Shown here piece by piece: positions 30,104 through 47,920 of a DNA stretch of 64,000 bases. A program made the translations under genes and the position numbers. The number at the start of each line of letters is the position of its first letter. Position 1 is the first letter of the stretch. Origin of the DNA: the human T2T-CHM13v2.0 reference genome, Homo sapiens; the NCBI RefSeq assembly GCF_009914755.1, contig NC_060932.1; one strand, written 5' to 3'. The notes under the pieces are model-generated. The model was given only the letters and a program-made list of their open reading frames with translations, was not told where the DNA came from and did no database searches.

Positions 30104-30107
30104 ACGC
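30072..30107. repeat. (GT)10(GC)5ACACGC alternating purine-pyrimidine tract
   Basis: Read directly; 36 bp uninterrupted. Confidence 0.95.
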
Positions 30108-33100
30108 TTGTATGAGTGTGTGGTAGTATGTGTGTGTGTGCTCACTGCTGAGCAGCAAGGCTCATGGAGGATTAAAAGTCTCCACCTTTGCCAGTCCATT
30201 TGCTTGACTGCTTGTTTCTTTTTGGGGTAGAGTCAGGAGCGAGGCATGCATGGCTTATAGATGCAGTTATGTTCCTAACAGTAACTGTCAGCCCTCCCAG
30301 TTGTCTGTGTCAGCCTGTATCTGCAAATGTGTTGTATTGTTAACACTGGTGAGATGAATCTGCCACTGTGAGTCTGGAGCAGCACTCTTAGAGCATGTGG
30401 TTACTTTGTAAATAGCCAGGTTTGAGCCAATGTCCAGGTCTCCTAAACCCCTGAGGACACTGACATTCTCTTCTGCAAACTGAGCAGCATCCGTCACACG
30501 AGGGGGTCACGTCACACACATGGCATACAGACGATGCAGGTGTAAGGGGCTTTACTGACTCGCATGAGGTCATCTTCTGCTTGTCCATCCTGCCTGTTCC
30601 TGCCTCCATGGCCCTCCTTCAACCCACTGCTATGGCTTTGTGGGAGTTTCTAAGTTTGTTAATCCAGCGCAATGTAGAGAAAAATAAATAAATCTGGTTT
30701 CAGATGAGTTGGCCTAGTCTGCTGGTATCTGCTGAAAGAGAATGCTTATGTCATTATAATTCTTCTCAGTAACTAGAAGACTGGGGTAAAAGGAAAACCG
30801 TCTCCCTGGCAGAATTCTGAACTACGTTTATCGTGGTGCCGTCTTGAACAGTGCCCCAGGGTACAGACAACAACGGCGTAAACCAGGGCCCTGTGCTCAA
30901 AGTCTTGGGAGAGGCAAGAGCACAAGATTGCTAACAGGGAGGCTTGCAGCAGAAGGGGTCAGATGCACTTCACAATGAGCCCAGAGAGCAGGGTGACCTA
31001 CCTGTTCAAACTTTCTGAATTTTTGCTTCTGTTACCGATAACATCCTGCATCTTATGAAATTCCTCAGTTCCAGGCCCAACTGGACTGCTGGTCACTCTG
31101 CTGGAGGATGAGAACACTCTCCTGTTTGAGTACTCATGAATCGCTGCCTGCAAGGGGGATGCTCTTAGGGGCGATAGATGCCCTCTCTGTCTGATGACAG
31201 CTGCCCTGTTCCACCCCATACCAGTGTTTCTCAGTGGGATCATGAGCAAAGCAGCCGTGCAAGGCTGCTGGGGCTTGGCCTAGCTCAGTCATGACACTTC
31301 CACAGCCAGTCCAGCTGCTGTCCCTGCAAAGCCTTGTTTACCAGTGAGGAAACCAATATCCAGGCTCCAGTGCGGTGCCAACGTCTAGGGGGCTGTTGGC
31401 TTCCAGGTGGCACCAGGCTGCTCTGGGACAAAAGCACCAGGCATCTCTCACTGCAATAAGCATGGATTCCGGATGTGGACTTGCTTTCTCTTTCTGCCAG
31501 CCTCAGCTCCTGTACATTTTCTGAATTCCTCATTGCTGTCCTGGTAACCTAAACACCATGACACACACTTTGGAGGAGGAAGTCGACATCACACTCAGAG
31601 CTGTGGCTGTGGGACATGCAGCCCTGGCATCCCCACGAGTCGGAGCCTCATCAGGTCGGGATGCTGTCCTGAAGGACCTTGTACAGTGGATCTTCCTTAC
31701 AGAGCCTGACACAGGTCAGAACCCCGTGGAACCAGCCGAAGATTCCTTCTCTGGCTCCAGTCGTGGGTGGAAGAGTTCACCGGTAACAGCCTGGCACGCA
31801 GCACGAAGTGGCCAGGGCAGCGGGTGCCTGCAGTATGGTGGGTAGAACACAGTCCTTCCTGAGACAGGCATCGCTGGGCTTTGCCTCCGTCGGGCCCAGC
31901 CCAGCCCAAGCCTGCTTCTGCAGCCTTCCTCACAAATCCAGAATACCCTCACAGAATATTTCTCTTCTTAATTTAGTCAGACTGAACTTATTTTATTGGA
32001 ACCGTCGGTACTGACTATACAGAAGCGAGTGTCTCCTTTCAGCATTCAGATGGCCATTGCACTCAGGCAGAGCTGAACAGCATTTCTAACAAATAGGACC
32101 TCAAGCCCAATCCTGATGCAAACTCAATCATTGCCCTGTTGTCTGTTCTGTTGGCTGTGCTTCTTTATGAATTTGAAGATATCATCTGTCCACTTCTGAG
32201 TGTTCTCCTTGATAATTAGGAAATGTTGCTTTGATTATACGTGTTTGTTGTGAAAACTATCTAATGGGGAATTTCTGTAACTGTAGGATTTGATGCCCCT
32301 AAGTGGAGCCGTACATAATGCCAGATATCAGAATCTCCTCTGAAGATTCCTGGCTCTGCCTAATCCCTAAAGCAGGTTCTATACACCATGCTGTGATCAT
32401 CCCTGCTACCGTGTTTCTTAAATGCACTCTGTAGGGTGTTAGTGTGGCACATCTTGTTACAATGTCCTCACAGGAAAATGAACTTTGAGTTCCAGCTTAT
32501 TAAATGTGGGTCCTTACAAGTGACATTTAAGTGATAACAGTGTTAAGAAACCCCCGCCCAAAGCCTGCGTAGGCTTTTGAATGAACCTCCACTCTTTGGA
32601 GTTTTAAGTGTCTACAGGTTATGAGTAGTTTAAAATGTATACTTTACCCTTTAATCACTGCTCTATTCACCTGATCATAACCCCCATATTACACATTTTC
32701 CAATATCTCTTGCTGCTTTCTGGCTAGAAAAAGAGGCTGGAAACACACTCTAGACACACAATCATAAGTGGCTTATTATTGATGAGGTTCACAGTAGTTG
32801 TTCATCATTGAAGTGCTTAATAGTGCTGTTCAACACAGTCATCAATGGAGTTCTATTTTTCTCCCCATAATTGGTAAATTATTCATTTTGAAGGATTTTT
32901 TTATTTTTTAAAAAATAATTAAGGGTTTTTGTGCTTAATGCATAGGTAGAAAAATGTAAACAAACTATTTGGTTCAATGATGCCCATCAATTTCTGTGCA
33001 CTGCTTTCCCATGACAGTATCGAATTGCTTCTTGGATATGCATTAATATTTTCATTTAAAAAGTTGCCCATTGGCTTTTCAGAATGTTTATTTTATTTTG

Positions 33101-34546
33101 TTTATGAAAAAATGCTTTCTTATGTCTGATTTGAACTTTTTGTTAATTTTTATTTATGCCCTCTTGCACTATCATCAATCAACCTTTAACAGGGATTATC
33201 TGAGAAGAATTGCCAGCTTACAACGTCTGTTTATTTATCTGAATTACTGTGCTGCTTCCAGGCTGTTTTCCCATTTCTAGTAGTGCATTGCAGCCTTCAC
33301 TGTTTTTTCCTGTGGGGAGAAAAATGCCTTCATTACCTAATGAGAGGTTTATTCCAGCATATCATCTATTGTTTAGATGGTGCACCAGAAAATATTATTG
33401 CCTATCTCATTGTTAACTTTGCCTTCTTTCTTCTTCCCTTAACTTTAGTTTGGCTCATGGGTGCACAGAATTAACTCTTTGTTTTCAAGCTCCCATTGCT
33501 GTTAGGTGATGATATGCTGAGTTAGAGTCAAGGGTCTACACCTGTAAATATTGAATGAAACTTGAAAAATCCTTCTGATGCACACTTTGCCCCTTTCTCA
33601 TTTCCCCATTGGTCTTCCTGGGATGAGTGTCAAAGGGGGAAGGCTGGGAGTTCTGGTGTAAGGGCTGGCACACTAGCAGTCATTCTTGACTAACAGAAAA
33701 AGGTCTTGCCCTTGGTGAGCTGAAAGGCTCAGGACCTTAAATATCTTAGTACATTTTCCGTGTAATCCACATGAGGCTTATTTTTACACTCTACTTATAT
33801 GGGCGAGAAAAAAAATCATATGTCATTTTTTTGTGGGTTTTATCACATGCAGCTCCATCTTAGGTGATAAACAAATACATTTGCTATTTTTTTTTGGATC
33901 CATGAAACAATAAAATCATTGGGTTTTATCTTGTCTAACTCCATATCCAATATTTCAACCCTTCTTGTAACTTCTGCTACAAGTAGTCATCAAGCTGTTC
34001 GAACATCTTCTGTTGTGTGGACATTCCATCTTCCTGCTCAACTAACCAGTTCAAATATCTCCTTTTAAGATGAAATAAAATTCAGGTAATTCATCTGATA
34101 AAAGCAGATATTTGAGATGAAAAGGCAGCTATTGTGTCTTCATCGATACGGTTCTCCAAGCTAAAAAGTTACAATAATGTTAACTCTTTCAATTTCCTCT
34201 ATCGTTGTAGCTACTGATACGTAAATTAAAGTTCACTTCTCTTTTCATATGTGGTGGCCATAGATGAAAATGATTTTCTAGTTCAAGTCTGATGGGAGCC
34301 AAGTAGTCGCCTTTCTCTCTGGCTTCCTGCAGCCAGTGTTGCTGAGAAAAGTGAATGAGTGGTAATACACACCCTGGTCTCCTTCAGTTTATGAAGCATT
34401 GCTCTGCGGTTGCCGGCCGCCCCTGGCTTGCCGTGGGTGTGGGTGGCGCGTTTCCCACCCTGGTCCTCAGCTGCTCGCCTCTAGTGCTCTTCATCACCCC
34501 TTCTTCTCACTTCTCTCTTTCACGCTTACTTTTGTGATTGAGTTAG

Positions 34547-34894
<348 letters not shown>

Positions 34895-34922
34895 TAAAGG
34901 CACATGGATTATGTTTTGACAT

Positions 34923-35016
34923 TATATATATATATATATAAATACATACACACACCCACACACACGTGCATACATATACACACATACATATTTAATATAT
35001 ATATACACATATATAA

Positions 35017-35084
<68 letters not shown>
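34923..35084. repeat. TA/CA-rich compound microsatellite ending in (AT)17 and T30
   Basis: Read directly; abuts the Alu tail. Confidence 0.95.
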
Positions 35085-35085
<1 letters not shown>

Positions 35086-35370
35086 AGACGGAGTCTCGCT
35101 CTGTCACCAGGCTGGAGTGCAAAGGCCCGGTCTCGGCTTACAGCAACCTCCACCTCCACCTCCTGAATTCAAGCAATTGTCTCCTGTCAGCCTCCTGAGT
35201 AGCTGGGATTACAGGGGCCTGCCACCACACCCAGCTAACTTTTTGTATTTTTAGTAGAGACAGGATTTCACCACGTTTGCCAGGCTGGTCTCCAACTCCT
35301 GACCTTGTGATCTGCCCACCTCGGCCTCCAAAAGTGCTGGGATTACAGGCAGTAGCCACCGTGCCTGGCC
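35055..35370 (-). mobile_element. AluS (Sg/Sc-like)
   Basis: T30 tail, then gagacggagtctcgctctgtcaccagg...ccaccgtgcctggcc. Confidence 0.95.
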
Positions 35371-36336
35371 AAATAATTTATTTTTTAATAGTCACAACTT
35401 ACCTTTTTTTCCTATGATGGTAGCCCTCCTGGGAAATTGTGTCTGTCAAAACGGTGGTGTTCCTTGGGAGCACATATGTTAAGTGGGCACGTTGTGGACC
35501 ATCATAAAATATTAGATGCATAAAATTAACCTAGAAGGGAGGTCACCTGGTACAGCCCTCCTATTTGGCAGACAAAAAACTAAGGCCAAGAGATGAAGTG
35601 ATGAAAGTCACATATTGTGTCAGAGATTCAAAGTAAATTAAAGGACCCCTAATCTTTGTTCTTCATTCTGTATAACCTCTTGCATGGCTCATTCCACACT
35701 GATTTAGAAAAAGGGTTGCACGAAGTGGCTCCTCCCACCTGATCCTTCAGTCAACCCAGTTATCTTTTCTAAAATCTATTTTAAGTATTGAGACTGACTT
35801 TACACATTTATTTGAGATTTTTTTAAGTTTCACTGATAAATCACTTGTTTGACAAAATAAGGATTCAAGTGAAATCCCCAGAACGATAACTTTTCATGTA
35901 ATAGGAGCGTGGGACGCTAAAGACAAAGTAGGTTTCCCAATCACTGAGATTAATCAAAGGACTGTTTGTGACTGCCAGGAAGGCAGGAAAATGCTTCTGT
36001 ACATTTTTGTGTGTGTGGTGAGGGTTGGAAAGGGAGAGAAAAACTGAAACTGCGCTATAGCTACTAAATGGACACACCACTGTGGCTAAAGCCTCAGGCA
36101 CATCGCTGCCTTGGAAGCCAGGACAGATCAGTGAGAGCCTGTGCTTCCAGGCCGGCAACTGGCAAAACAAATATAGGCTGCTCCAGGCTTGCCTTTGCTA
36201 ACTGGTTTCTTTTTTTCTTTTACACCAGGGGTAGTCCAGCCATGGTCTGGACAGGGATGAACAGAAATTTCTGGAAAGGGAGCTTTGCCATCACTATCAT
36301 TGGAAGACTACGTAAGATGTCTCACTAAAATGTTTC

Positions 36337-38349
<2,013 letters not shown>

Positions 38350-41140
38350 TAAAATTGCATACTCTTACCTTGAATTTGAGAGACAAAGGGCAGACAATAA
38401 CAATAAACGTGTAAATAATACAATAAGCAAGACTATGAATGAACAATAGACAATAATAGAATAGAAGAGCATTAGGACTTGAGGACTATTGGGCACGTTA
38501 TTAAATAATATCCCAAGAGAGGGCATGGTTTGAGGCTGAAGAAAAATTGCTTCTGAAGTGTCCTACTGTCTTCATGTTTTCATGCTGTTTACAGGGACCT
38601 CCTTGACTGGATAGATTTCCCTCTTCTACTGAAGTGGCATGGTCTTACCATCCCATGTGGATTCAGCAGAGAGGAAAGGCCCATAGATGGTGTTCAAGCA
38701 CATGTCATGCTGCTGGAAGCTGTGGACTCCTGGGTTTTCTCCCCTCCCAGGCTCTGAACCATTGGCAGTAGAGGTCACATTTAGTTATCACCTTCTCCCA
38801 GTGTCTAACTCAGCCTCACACATAGCAGGCACTGACATGTTAGGTTTTCTTTATTAATTAAACTCATTCGAAAATTACACATTTATTAATTAAAAGTTAT
38901 AATAAGTTAACAAATTTATTTTCACAAAAAACATGATGCTCATAAGGAAGAGCCTGTGGAGAATATGGGTGGTGGAAGCCAGGATAAAGAAAGGCCTGCC
39001 GAGGAGGCTTGTACTTTCCTCCAGGACCCCTGCCCCTGCAGCAGACAGGTGCCCACAAGGGGCTCCATGCAGTGCTGGGACATGCTGCGTCTGGGGTAGG
39101 GGTGGCTGGGAGCCTTCCTCCAGCCTATTGCTGCCAACGGGCCTGGGACAGCCACCTGCATGCATCTCAACCAGATGTGCTGGGTGCACTCACTCTCCTG
39201 CACCCACGCCTAGCCCCTGCTCAGGCTTGGAGAGGGAGGGGAAGTTGGGTGGGACTCAAGGTCCACAGGGTCGGGGAGCAAGCAGCATGAGAAAAATTCA
39301 GAAGAGGAGATAGTGTTGTGGCTGTAGATGGGATCTCCTAGAAACTGAGACCCCAAGTCTCCCTGCAGTCTGCATCGTCCCATCAGATTTCACTTATGAA
39401 GCACATTTTGAAAGATGAAATATTAAGGATTCAGAACTGCAACCACAGATCATCAATCCCTAAGTGCAGAAAACTTCAGAGTCCAGGGCCCTCCAGACTG
39501 CCCTGGTCCCACCTCCATGAAGCTGGGCCTTGGTCTCCTGTGGTGGGATTGCCGACAGGACTGGCCTGGCTTTGGCAAACTCTCTAAGACTGCACCTCCA
39601 AGCCCACATGTTCAGGAGCACCCTGAGGGTCCACAGTGAGAAACCTCCCCGTGGGGAGAGGGCTCTCCCTGCACTGCACATGGAGCAGCAGAGCCTGAGA
39701 GGAAGGGAAGCACCTGCCTGAACCTCAGCCCAGGCGACACCTCCTTGTTCTGCAACCACCTGCACCCTGCATGTCTTTCATGATCTCACTGAGCCATGAA
39801 AATACTCACAGCCGTGACTGATACTGAACTTCCTATCCATCCTGAAAAATGGGTGCTGAAGACAGATGAAATTAGGTTAGAAAAAATAAAGAAAAGAGGC
39901 ATTTCCTGAAGCTAACTGTTGTCAAGCAACTTCCTAACAGTTACCACTGAGACTCTACCTACCTCTGAAGTCTGCAAACTCTGAGTCAGAATTTCAAGGC
40001 TCCGTCTCCCGAGTCTCGGCTGCCGTCCAATGCTGCAGGCACAGTGCACTGGAACATTTATAATCCGGTTAGGTTTGTAAATTTTCATCTGGTCCCAGAC
40101 AGACTGGGGACACACCCAAATCCAAATATGAATTTTGGAGAGGGTGGATATTATAACAAAAGCACAGAAGGAGCATGAAGAGATAAAGGAATATGTCTAG
40201 TACCAAATAGCTTTAAAATGTTTTTTCTTATTTAATTTTTTTAAACAAGGAAAAGACAAAATCTATTCCCAATTAAATTAGCTAGTAAAAGTAAAGTTTA
40301 CCACAGTTAAAACAAAGTTATGAAATTATGAATGATGTCATTCGAATGTCAAAGCCTGATCTTTCTAACAATTTAATCATGGCTTAGGTATTTCCATACA
40401 CTCTCATACTTTCATTACTTACATTTTACAGAAGAATTCTACCTGGAAGAAAATAGTGCCAGAGTATAGATAGCTTCAAAGAAGTGTAATTTTGCTCTTT
40501 AAAATTTCTTAAAGAAATTATGCTAATTTTTATAATACAATCTTTATATGCATAAAAATAAGTAGATAAAATACGAAGACTATTTCAGAAATAGGTAGGA
40601 TTGATGTCTCTGAGATAAATTCGCTGAATCTTGCTCTTTAAAATGAGCTTTAGGTCATCCCAAAAACATCTCTATTTTCTCTGCTCCTTTCTGTCATCCC
40701 CTCACTTCCTCCCCTGCCACCCTATACTGTTCTTGGTGATGATTTTTCAGCAAATTTCCTAATATGTCTAAATTCATACATTGCCCTGTTCTTTCATCAT
40801 CGCCTCTGTTCTCTCACAAATACAGTTTTCTAGTGTTTTTTTGGGAGAAAAGGAGAAATTGCCCATCTACTCACAGATTTGGCATAAACTATATAGAGAT
40901 GTAGGGATTCCATTTTAGAAAGTCTACCAGGATACAGTACAGTTCTTGAGGAAGGTGAAGGTGAATTAATAAGGTAATGGAATATACCTTGTATGTGTTT
41001 GTCCAGCTAAGCGATTCTTGTCCCATTTGCAAAACTGAGTCAGGCTACATAGTCTTATTTTTCTATGAGACCTAACTGGGAGGTACATCAAGTAGGGGAA
41101 ATAAATCAGCAATTAAGATTCTTCATATAAATTCCCAACT

Positions 41141-41142
41141 CT

Positions 41143-41181
<39 letters not shown>
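41141..41181. repeat. (CT)n microsatellite
   Basis: Read directly. Confidence 0.93.
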
Positions 41182-41184
<3 letters not shown>

Positions 41185-41959
41185 CCCCCACCCCATACAG
41201 AGAACACAGATAGCCAGTATGTCCACATTCAGTCTCATGGCAGTGTTCAGTTTGGTCTTCTCTCTTCTATTATTCATTTTCTATTATTTATTTCCTTAAC
41301 CTTCAGAGGTGTGCATGTGATAGATTATGACCTTATCTATCCACTCTTGTCTGGAATTCAGATGGTGCATGTAAATGCGTTTTCAGAATAAGAAAGTTAT
41401 TAGGAAGTTCCTTGATGTTATCCATTATGGATAGAAAACTTGCTGATATTCACCACCCATCATTCCACAAAAGCATGCACCGAACATGATGTCTCCCCTT
41501 CGCTCTGCCTCCATAGTGTCTCTATGCTCCATAATTATGGTACTGAACTGCACTTGCAGATCACTGCAGAAGTTATTAAAGTGTCCAGGATGACTTGTCC
41601 CTACACTGAATGGCCCCCGAATGATGAATTTTTAAAGCACCTTTGTCTATAGTTTTATGACATTTGGTCGCCTATGCTGCATACCTCATTTCTTATTGCT
41701 GATAGTGTTCTCTACACCCCTTTATGCCTCCAACTTTTAACTTGTTTCTTTCAGGATTCCATAGGCTCAACAATGACCCAAATGTTTGCAATTCCATTTA
41801 CATAGATTTTTGATGTTATTCTCTCAAAAATAAAGGACAGTATATGGACTGTAGTATGAGGTGATTTTACTGTTGGTTTTATTGTTGTTAAGCTACTCTT
41901 TTTCTACTTTTCTCATTTTCTTGGTAAAGGGATCAGGTCATAGTACTATGAATCAATAG

Positions 41960-42070
41960 AACTGTTTGACTTTCAGTAGGTCATCCTGTTTTTCAGTGTC
42001 TGTTTTATCATCACTAAAAAGAATAGATTTGATAGAATGATTCCAAAAGTGCCTGACATGTGAAAAGTTT
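41960..42070 (+). mobile_element. MIR3-like fragment
   Basis: tgactttcagtaggtcat...tctgttttatcatcactaaaa...tagaatgattcc. Confidence 0.5.
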
Positions 42071-43919
42071 ATAACTCTAAATGAGATGTACATATGCATA
42101 TAAATAAGAGTTTGAGGATGATTACAGGGAACATAATAAAAAGCTAAATAGTAATTTTTGAGTCTAATGCTGTAAGTATAATGATATAGACTTAAAATTG
42201 TGGAAATAAAGACAATATTTATAGTCATATATTACCTGATATCCTTTTGTTATGAATATACTGAATCATTAATTGTTCAGAAAACAAATATTCTATCAGA
42301 AGGATTCTTATATAATTCTCTTTTCAAGCAAATGCATAAAATATACCATATATATGTAACTTTGTGTTTTTTGAAATGTGTTGTATTAACTAGCTAAGTG
42401 TTGGCTAAAGGATGTCAGATTTTTTTCTAAAGAGTGTGGAAAGGAGAGCATTTAATATATTTTAAGGCGTTGGATATAGGCTAGATCTTATGGTGGTCTT
42501 TTTGGTGCAGTTGTTCTTGTTATCGGCAAGATAATTCTTTGTCAGTGTCATATCTCCATGAAAGTTCAAACTGATGATAGCAGATAGTAAAATATGTATA
42601 TTAAAACAATTTATCTGCACTGTTTATGATGGTAGAAATCTAGCTATACTTTTTATAATAAGGTTTCTTGAACCACAAATCAGAACACACATTCCAGTCT
42701 TCATGAGTTCATTTGACTGTGGGAATGCTTTTAAGAATTCTGTTTTCAGGAACATGGGAAGTATTGTTTTAGAAATGAATACCATCATACAATATGAGTG
42801 CATTTCCATTGAAAGAAAGAATCAGAAGACTTTCAGTGATGCTGATCTTCCATTGTGACCCAGTTTCCATAGGGAACGTGACACAGTCACTGAGAAAAGG
42901 CAAACAAAATGACCGGCACCAATTTTCTGAACCAATGTTGTTGTAGATAAATAAGTGCTATCTCAAAACTAGGAGAAACATATTAAAATATATAGATTTT
43001 TCTGCTTGGTAGATTCCTGCATGAACTGTTGCAAAGTTGGCATCAATTGGCAATGACCCAACAAGAGATAGTAAACAAAAAAAGCTAAGAAAGCAAAATG
43101 ATGTTTTCCAAGTGGCTTGTCTTGCTCTCTGTGTGCTGTAATTTTTGCTTGAATTTTGACAGCTAATCATTGGTAGGCATATGTTGCCTGTGAGTCTTCA
43201 TCTTGCAGCAATGAAGCTTGGAGCCAAATTGACAGTGATTGCATTTTAAGTATCTATCGGCTCAAGAATTTACAAATATACAGAGGTTTTTGCAGAGATA
43301 TTGACCATATGAAACCAAAGTCTTCTGAAATATAACTGCCTTTATTAATTCAGATTCATTGAGCCCCTATTATGAATCCAGAGCCTGAAGTTTGCCCAGT
43401 GCTATGAAAGAAATGCAGGAAAAAACATACATTCTGCTTTATTGTCCAGTATCTGATAGTTGAAATAAAGCCTGCGTACAGCCACAAAGCATAGCACAAT
43501 GCAATGAGGATAATAAAAGTTATGAAAACAGTGGGATAAGCTAATTGGGATGAGGAAGTGAGCTAGCTGGAAATAGCAGGACATGATTTGTTAATGAGGT
43601 GGCATCTGAACTGCGTATTTAAACATCTCATCTGGGTATTGACTACAGATACAATTAAGAGAGTGATGTGAGTAAAAGCATACACAGTGATGTAAAATAT
43701 AGGATAATTATTTAAAAATCATTGAGAGAAGTTAAATTTGAATGAAGAACAGACAAAACCAAAATGCTGATATAGTTGATCATGTTGGGTTAGATTAGAT
43801 TTGAAAGATATAAATACTTGTTTATTTTTAAACAGAATGACACCTGAATAGATACATGAAAGATGAGTAGATAAAAAGAGAGTCAATTATTTGGAGATTA
43901 TTATTTTATTTAATAAATC

Positions 43920-44145
43920 TGGGATTGTTTTATCTAATGTTCATGTCTGGTTTAATACTACATGTCTGTGGATATTTTATGTAATGTTTATTACAACCAG
44001 TCACATAGAGACTATTGTTACACCTTTGGTGTTGATGAGGCAGACGACGCTTAGGGAAGCTCAGAAACCCACCGAGCGCACCTGGATGATGACTGATGGC
44101 CAGTATTCAAATGCCTTCATTCTGCCCATAGCCTGGGCTTTTAAC
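43920..44145 (-). mobile_element. MIR
   Basis: gatgaggcagacgacgcttagggaagctcagaaacccaccgagcgcac...gtattcaaatgcc. Confidence 0.55.
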
Positions 44146-44160
44146 AACAATGGTATTCTA

Positions 44161-44449
<289 letters not shown>

Positions 44450-44654
44450 AAGATTAATAATATGGTAGTGATACACTTAGTTACACGGACAGAGTCCCAC
44501 AGGAAATTACAGTCCTGATTCAACCACAGATTCAAACCAGACATTCCCTCTACCTGAATATTTCTAGTTCTGGAAACCTCATTGGTCATTGTAGCTAATC
44601 ACTTTTTAAAGCAAACTTTTAATTTATAATAATTTGAGAATTATGTTTAACTTT

Positions 44655-45200
44655 TTTTTTGTCCTTTCTGGAACCACAAAATGTCCCAGGCTTATCTTGT
44701 ATATGTTCCATGTCAGTCTTAGAATTTTCCCTTACTGTGAGAAGATTTGGCTCCTTTAATTGAGAATGGTATTAGAAACCAAAATCTGCTTGCTAAGTGT
44801 GCTCAGTGCTACTGTACAATGCTCACATTGTTTCCAAGCACTCTGTTGAGAGCAGGAAAATATACTAGCATAGACTAGCCCATGCATAGACACATATCTT
44901 TAAATATTGTTAATGTAAACATCAGTATCTAAGCTACAAATGAGTTCCTATTAATTGTTCAATTCTGATACACCTCTGCATAGCGGTATCAGAAATGTTA
45001 ACCTGTACCCCATGGGAAACAAATTTCCTGCCAGAGCATGGTGCTTTTGTACAACTCCTTTGGCCTTCATTCTTATAGATTTCATTCATTTCCAAAGTTT
45101 CTTATGTCAGTAGGTTTTCCCCCAACCCCTTGCAGTTAGAGTATTCATAGATTTGTAACACATTTAAATCATTTTGTCACCTTTTGCCTTCTCTCCTGGT
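44655..45200 (-). mobile_element. L1MC3/MD-like 3' UTR fragment
   Basis: ccaggcttatcttgtata...gagaatggtattagaaaccaaaatctg...tatcagaaatgttaacctgtacccc. Confidence 0.65.
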
Positions 45201-45984
45201 ATCTCTGCTAATGTTTTGAAATATGTAGATGCCTAAAATTCCTCCTTTCATCTTCTGCAACTGTAGTATTTGGAGAAATCTTTCAACTGGTTTTCTGAGA
45301 CTAACTGAACACATTTCTTTATTGTTTAAAACTACTGGATGTATTTATGTTCTCTGGTGTTGCACAAACTATTTTTTCTTCTTAAATACAGTAATTCATC
45401 AATTATTCTTTGAAAATAGATTTTACATATTCCTAACTCTTCTCTATGGAAGATGGAAGGAGGCCAAATTTTAGTACTGCTTCTAGTACAATAGGTTCCC
45501 AATGTTCTGCTGAAATAGGCTCTTTCTTTGTCAATAATATGTTAAATATGCCTCAAATTGATCATGGTGTTACACAAGTCATCTTCTTAGTGGCCTCGCT
45601 CATCAAGGTCTTTCGTTGATATGAAACTGGACAAGTTTCAATTCGTTTTTATTATAGTCAGTGTCATTATTATTGCATGAGATTTTTTCAGATTTTGACC
45701 CAGCTTCCTCTACTATGTTTTAAAGCTGTATAATCCCTCTTAACTTTGTTTCCTTCCCATGAAAATTCATTTCTTATATATAAAATTTATTACTTCACTG
45801 GCAAATACTGTTAATTCTCTTCCCCTTCCACTTCTTCGTAGTATCTGAAATGCCAGGTTAAGATATTTTTAGACTTAATTCAGCATGAATGGAGAATTTA
45901 GGAAATACTTTGAATAGAAGATGGTTGATGCAGAATGTGTGCTTTTGAGAGAGTAATCTGACATCTGCTATGCAAGATGAATGA

Positions 45985-47920
<1,936 letters not shown>

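Noticed and set aside
38890-39765. GC-rich patch with 87-126-aa ORFs on both strands
   Set aside because: No recognisable domain; ORFs in many frames are expected from composition; no convincing exon structure.
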